Assembly (NCBI GenBank): GCA_963668625.2
Contig: CAXXKA010000008.1
Span: 480,001-544,000, forward strand
Direction of reading: 5' to 3'
Length of the DNA stretch: 64,000 nt
Source of the DNA: an uncultured candidate division Zixibacteria bacterium
GTDB lineage: Bacteria; Zixibacteria; MSB-5A5; UBA10806; 4484-95
The translations under genes and the position numbers were made by a program. This document shows positions 60,688 through 64,000 of the stretch, in pieces (positions within the stretch are counted from its first letter, which is position 1; each line of letters begins with the position of its first letter). The notes beneath the pieces are model-generated. The model saw nothing but the letters and a program-made list of their open reading frames with translations, was not told where the DNA came from and did no database searches.

Positions 60688-62688
60688 ATGAAAAAACTAC
60701 TTATGGTAGTTTCGTTGCTCGCGATGCTGTTTATGGTATCGACAGTTAACGCCGGAGAGATCGATGATATACTGGCCGAGGCCGATAGCTGGATCGTCTC
60801 CGACACCGTCAAAATCTTGTCCTATGTCGATAGCTGCGCTCAGGTTGTCGATGACATGCTTACACAGTCCCCCTACTGGGAGGAGACGCAGCGCGATCTG
60901 TCATTCCTTCTGGGTATCGACTATGTCGGCTCGGCTCAGATCGATAACACGGGCAGGATTTATTTCACCATGAGAATAACCGGCGAAACCGGTCACCTGT
61001 TTTATATCGATGAGCCTATGGGCTGGCCTCATCAGTTATCCCCCAACAACTGGCCCTCCGAGGGCTATTCTATCTGGGGTTACGAGCCTCATCCCTCAGG
61101 CGATTACGTGCTGGTTTTCGCCATGAAATACGGCAGCGAACGTCACGATATATGGAAATTCAATCGGGATGGCACTTTCGAGCCGCTTCTGGTCGATACC
61201 GACATCCGCTACTCCAACACTGTTTTCAAAAATAAGGATGAATTCTTCCTGGCTATCGATGATCGGGAGAACCAGTATTTCTGCAAATACAAAATCTCCA
61301 CCGGCGAACTCGATACACTTTATCAGGATCCTAATAAAGATTGGATAGGAATGTTTGATTACGAGGACGGTAAGCTTCTCTGCGGACGGTTCCTGTCATT
61401 CTCCGAAAGCCAGTTCTTTATACTGGACGAAGAAACGTTAAAGGCCAAAAATATCTCCGATAAGGGTAGTTTCGGGGACGCGGTATTTACCGGCGACGGC
61501 CGAATTATTTTCACCACCGATAAGAAATCCAAAAAGAACGATTTCAACAAGCTGGTAATCGTTGATGTCGACAAGCCCAAGAAAATGAAAGTGCTATACG
61601 ATCCGAAAATGGAGAACTCCGGTTTCGAGTATCTCAAGGATCAGAAGATCGTAATCATGACTTTAAATCAGGACGGCTATTCTAAACTCGTCGGATTCGA
61701 TCTTGACGGTAACTCGATCGCTGTTCCCGAAATCCCGGTCGGAGTGCTTTCCGGCGGCGGCGCTTATGATGACAACGGCTCGACCAATGATATGGGAGAT
61801 TTTGTCTATGGGCTTTCAACACCAAACATGGCGCCCTCGATTTTCCATTTCAAGGTAGGCGAGAACAAGATCACCAAGCTGGCGGATGTTGCCACATTCG
61901 GTTTCGATTTCTCGAAAGTAAATGTCGAGGTTATTCGCTATCCCTCAAAAGATGGCACTATGATCCCGGCTCTTCTGTATACTCCAGTGGATGTTAAAAA
62001 GGACGGTAAGAATCCGGCTATCGTAGACTATCACGGTGGCCCGCCTCAGCAATGGCGTCCTTATTTCCAGCGCAATCTGGCTTTCGCATTATCCAAAGGC
62101 CTGATTATCGTACGCCCGAATGTCAGGGGCTCCGAGGGCTATGGTCCCGAATGGGAGAAAGCCGACAATCGAAAAGGACGTTATAAAGCTTTAGGCGATG
62201 CCGAAGCCGCTATCGATTACCTCGTTGATGAGGGCTACTCCAATTACGATCAGATCGGTATCTGGGGCGGCTCGTACGGCGGTTACACCGTTAACTGGCT
62301 GGCAGTGAACGCACCGGAAAAATTCGCCTGCGCTATCAGCCAGGTGGGCGTTGCCGATCAGGATTATCAGCAAACTCATGGTGATGTCGGCGGCAGGAAT
62401 ATCTGGGAGTTGGAGTTCGGCAAGGTAGGCACCAAGCTGGTACACGATCTCTCGCCGATATGGAAATCGGATCAGGTTGCCCGCCCGATTCTATTGACTG
62501 CCGGTTTTTACGATCCCCGGGTGTTCCCCGGCGATCCCCGCAGGTTCGGCTATTTGTTAAGCAAGCTAGGTAAGGAAGTATACTACCTGGAAAATACCAA
62601 AGCTGGACATGGCGCGGTTACCAAAGATGATATCATTCACGAGTACACGCAGTATTACACGTTCTTCATGGAACACATAATGAAGTAA
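60688..62688 (+). CDS. Secreted S9 family peptidase
   Basis: Signal peptide, propeller, 'YHGGP', 'NVRGSEGYG', 'GGSYGG', 'DPRV', 'GHG'. Confidence 0.92.
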   Translation: MKKLLMVVSLLAMLFMVSTVNAGEIDDILAEADSWIVSDTVKILSYVDSCAQVVDDMLTQSPYWEETQRDLSFLLGIDYVGSAQIDNTGRIYFTMRITGETGHLFYIDEPMGWPHQLSPNNWPSEGYSIWGYEPHPSGDYVLVFAMKYGSERHDIWKFNRDGTFEPLLVDTDIRYSNTVFKNKDEFFLAIDDRENQYFCKYKISTGELDTLYQDPNKDWIGMFDYEDGKLLCGRFLSFSESQFFILDEETLKAKNISDKGSFGDAVFTGDGRIIFTTDKKSKKNDFNKLVIVDVDKPKKMKVLYDPKMENSGFEYLKDQKIVIMTLNQDGYSKLVGFDLDGNSIAVPEIPVGVLSGGGAYDDNGSTNDMGDFVYGLSTPNMAPSIFHFKVGENKITKLADVATFGFDFSKVNVEVIRYPSKDGTMIPALLYTPVDVKKDGKNPAIVDYHGGPPQQWRPYFQRNLAFALSKGLIIVRPNVRGSEGYGPEWEKADNRKGRYKALGDAEAAIDYLVDEGYSNYDQIGIWGGSYGGYTVNWLAVNAPEKFACAISQVGVADQDYQQTHGDVGGRNIWELEFGKVGTKLVHDLSPIWKSDQVARPILLTAGFYDPRVFPGDPRRFGYLLSKLGKEVYYLENTKAGHGAVTKDDIIHEYTQYYTFFMEHIMK

Positions 62689-62735
62689 GCTGCGATATTC
62701 GAACGCGGTTATTTAACGGCGTAAACATATTTTTA

Positions 62736-62769
62736 GCCGTCGGGAATCTTTTTTCCTGACGGCTTTTTT
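62736..62769 (+). terminator. Intrinsic terminator
   Basis: AGCCGTCGGGAA...TTCCTGACGGCT-TTTT. Confidence 0.75.
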
Positions 62770-62997
62770 ATCATGTTGCTAAAATCTGTAGAGTAAACTA
62801 TGCCTAACGACATTTAGATTTTGTTCTGGAATATAGAAGAAAGTCAAAACGAAGTTTTTCAAATACGGTGGGCTGCAAAATTGGAGTTTTGCAGCCAGTA
62901 ATAGCCGACTTAAGTCGTCAGGATAAAAGCCACCGGCCTTGTGACCGATGGCAGTTTACCGAATTCTCGTGGCTGGCTCTACCTACGGATGCCGTAT

Positions 62998-63942
62998 CTA
63001 ACGGGCTGTTTGTTCTTCATCTATATCAGCATAGGCGTTCAGGTTGCCCGCATTTTCCAGCAGATGTCTTCTAACATACTGGCCGCAATTACTGCCGATG
63101 TCGTTCTCGCTCAGTTCGCCGATACTCAGTATCACCTCGTAACCGGCCTCGGTGATCGAATCGATCAAGTCATCGCTACTATTTTCATTATTAATAAACG
63201 ATTTGATATTGTTGCTAGCGGCGTTATGAGTTGGGTTAACCGGTGTAATTTTGATTATGAATATCTCCGGATTGAAATATTCTCGCAATATATCAGGATC
63301 AATTGTCGATCCCTCCGCCAGGGCGAAATTGAGTGCGATCTTTCTTTCACCGGCTCGATAGAATTTCTCTCCGTACCCGGCGATCTTATCGAATCCCCAT
63401 TTGCGTACAGGTATGAGCTCATCACGTTTAGCGATATCGGTGGTGTGGATGGAGAATTGCATCTGAAATTTATCTTTATAGATGGCCTGTTTGACCATCA
63501 GGAGGTTTTCAAAAAACGAATCGCATGATCGTGGAGCAACAGTCGATATACAGGGCATCAAACCGGGAGCATCATAAAGTTCCGGCAGATCATTCAAGAC
63601 ATCGATAACCGCCGGATTGAAAGCCGGATCACCCATACGGGCAAACTGGATTTTGAATTTATCGACCGGTACTGAACGATTGGGGAATCTCCTGGTGATC
63701 AGGTAATCGACTTGCTCGAGTAGCTGATCTTTCGTGAGCTTACCATTATAATATCCACCGGCATCACAGATGGGGCAGTTAACCGGGCAGCCGAACAGGG
63801 TCGATACGATGAGCACCCATTTTCTATCTCTCGGCACGGGTGGTTGCACCGATTCGACGAACTCGATATATTTATTTTCGGAGTACTCGGCCAGGTATAC
63901 CGTGGCGATATCCTCCCGACCGGATGAATTTATTATTTTCAT
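62998..63942 (-). CDS. RlmN/Cfr-like radical SAM protein (atypical)
   Basis: CxxxCxxC 'GCPVNCPIC', 'RMGDP', 'QFSIH', C-terminal 'GSNCGQ'; start 63942 overlaps the upstream stop (ATGA). Confidence 0.8.
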   Translation of the reverse strand: MKIINSSGREDIATVYLAEYSENKYIEFVESVQPPVPRDRKWVLIVSTLFGCPVNCPICDAGGYYNGKLTKDQLLEQVDYLITRRFPNRSVPVDKFKIQFARMGDPAFNPAVIDVLNDLPELYDAPGLMPCISTVAPRSCDSFFENLLMVKQAIYKDKFQMQFSIHTTDIAKRDELIPVRKWGFDKIAGYGEKFYRAGERKIALNFALAEGSTIDPDILREYFNPEIFIIKITPVNPTHNAASNNIKSFINNENSSDDLIDSITEAGYEVILSIGELSENDIGSNCGQYVRRHLLENAGNLNAYADIDEEQTAR

Positions 63943-64000
63943 TCGCATTTCTCTTTGATTTTCAGGTAAACGGTCATAGCGGCCTTAACGCCATCCCCGG
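63939..64000 (-). CDS. 3' end of thioredoxin-reductase-like FAD oxidoreductase (partial)
   Basis: Translates as ..GDGVKAAMTVYLKIKEKCE*, resembling the TrxB C-terminal helix 'G.G..AA'; only 19 residues visible. Confidence 0.5.
   Translation of the reverse strand, partial: GDGVKAAMTVYLKIKEKCE

Overview
Bacterial chromosomal window with no rRNA, tRNA, CRISPR array, integrase or transposase visible. Many secreted proteins end in a 'YPNPFN...KMxLLK' T9SS-type-A/FlgD-like C-terminal domain and one ends in a dockerin; this style suggests an FCB-group organism such as Zixibacteria (inference only). Housekeeping and metabolic genes include an acetyl-CoA hydrolase/CoA-transferase, a lysA-like decarboxylase, fabH, lepA, recQ, PMM/PGM, an M16 peptidase pair, an S9 peptidase, a MacAB-like ABC exporter, and a MocR regulator with a divergent aminotransferase. 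Most interesting: (1) a self-contained sigma-54 regulon (42.1-48.3 kb): sensor kinase plus NtrC-type activator flanked by two paralogous secreted DxDGDG/Gly-rich proteins and a predicted outer-membrane beta-barrel, both target genes having a -24/-12 promoter and the same upstream AATTCGTA-N6-GTCGAA motif; (2) a putative mini-scaffoldin (two cohesin-like modules, three Fn3-like repeats, CTD) near a dockerin-bearing metallophosphoesterase; (3) an RlmN/Cfr-like radical SAM enzyme that keeps the C-terminal methyl-accepting Cys but lacks the resolving Cys, coupled to a TrxB-like gene; (4) an spt + ceramide-synthase-like pair; (5) a compositionally mosaic gingipain-like gene followed by a stand-alone copy of its C-terminal module; (6) two candidate structured RNAs, three tandem PilZ genes, an amber-interrupted TPR gene and two dispersed REP-like repeat families. 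All family calls come from motifs read by eye; no searches were run.
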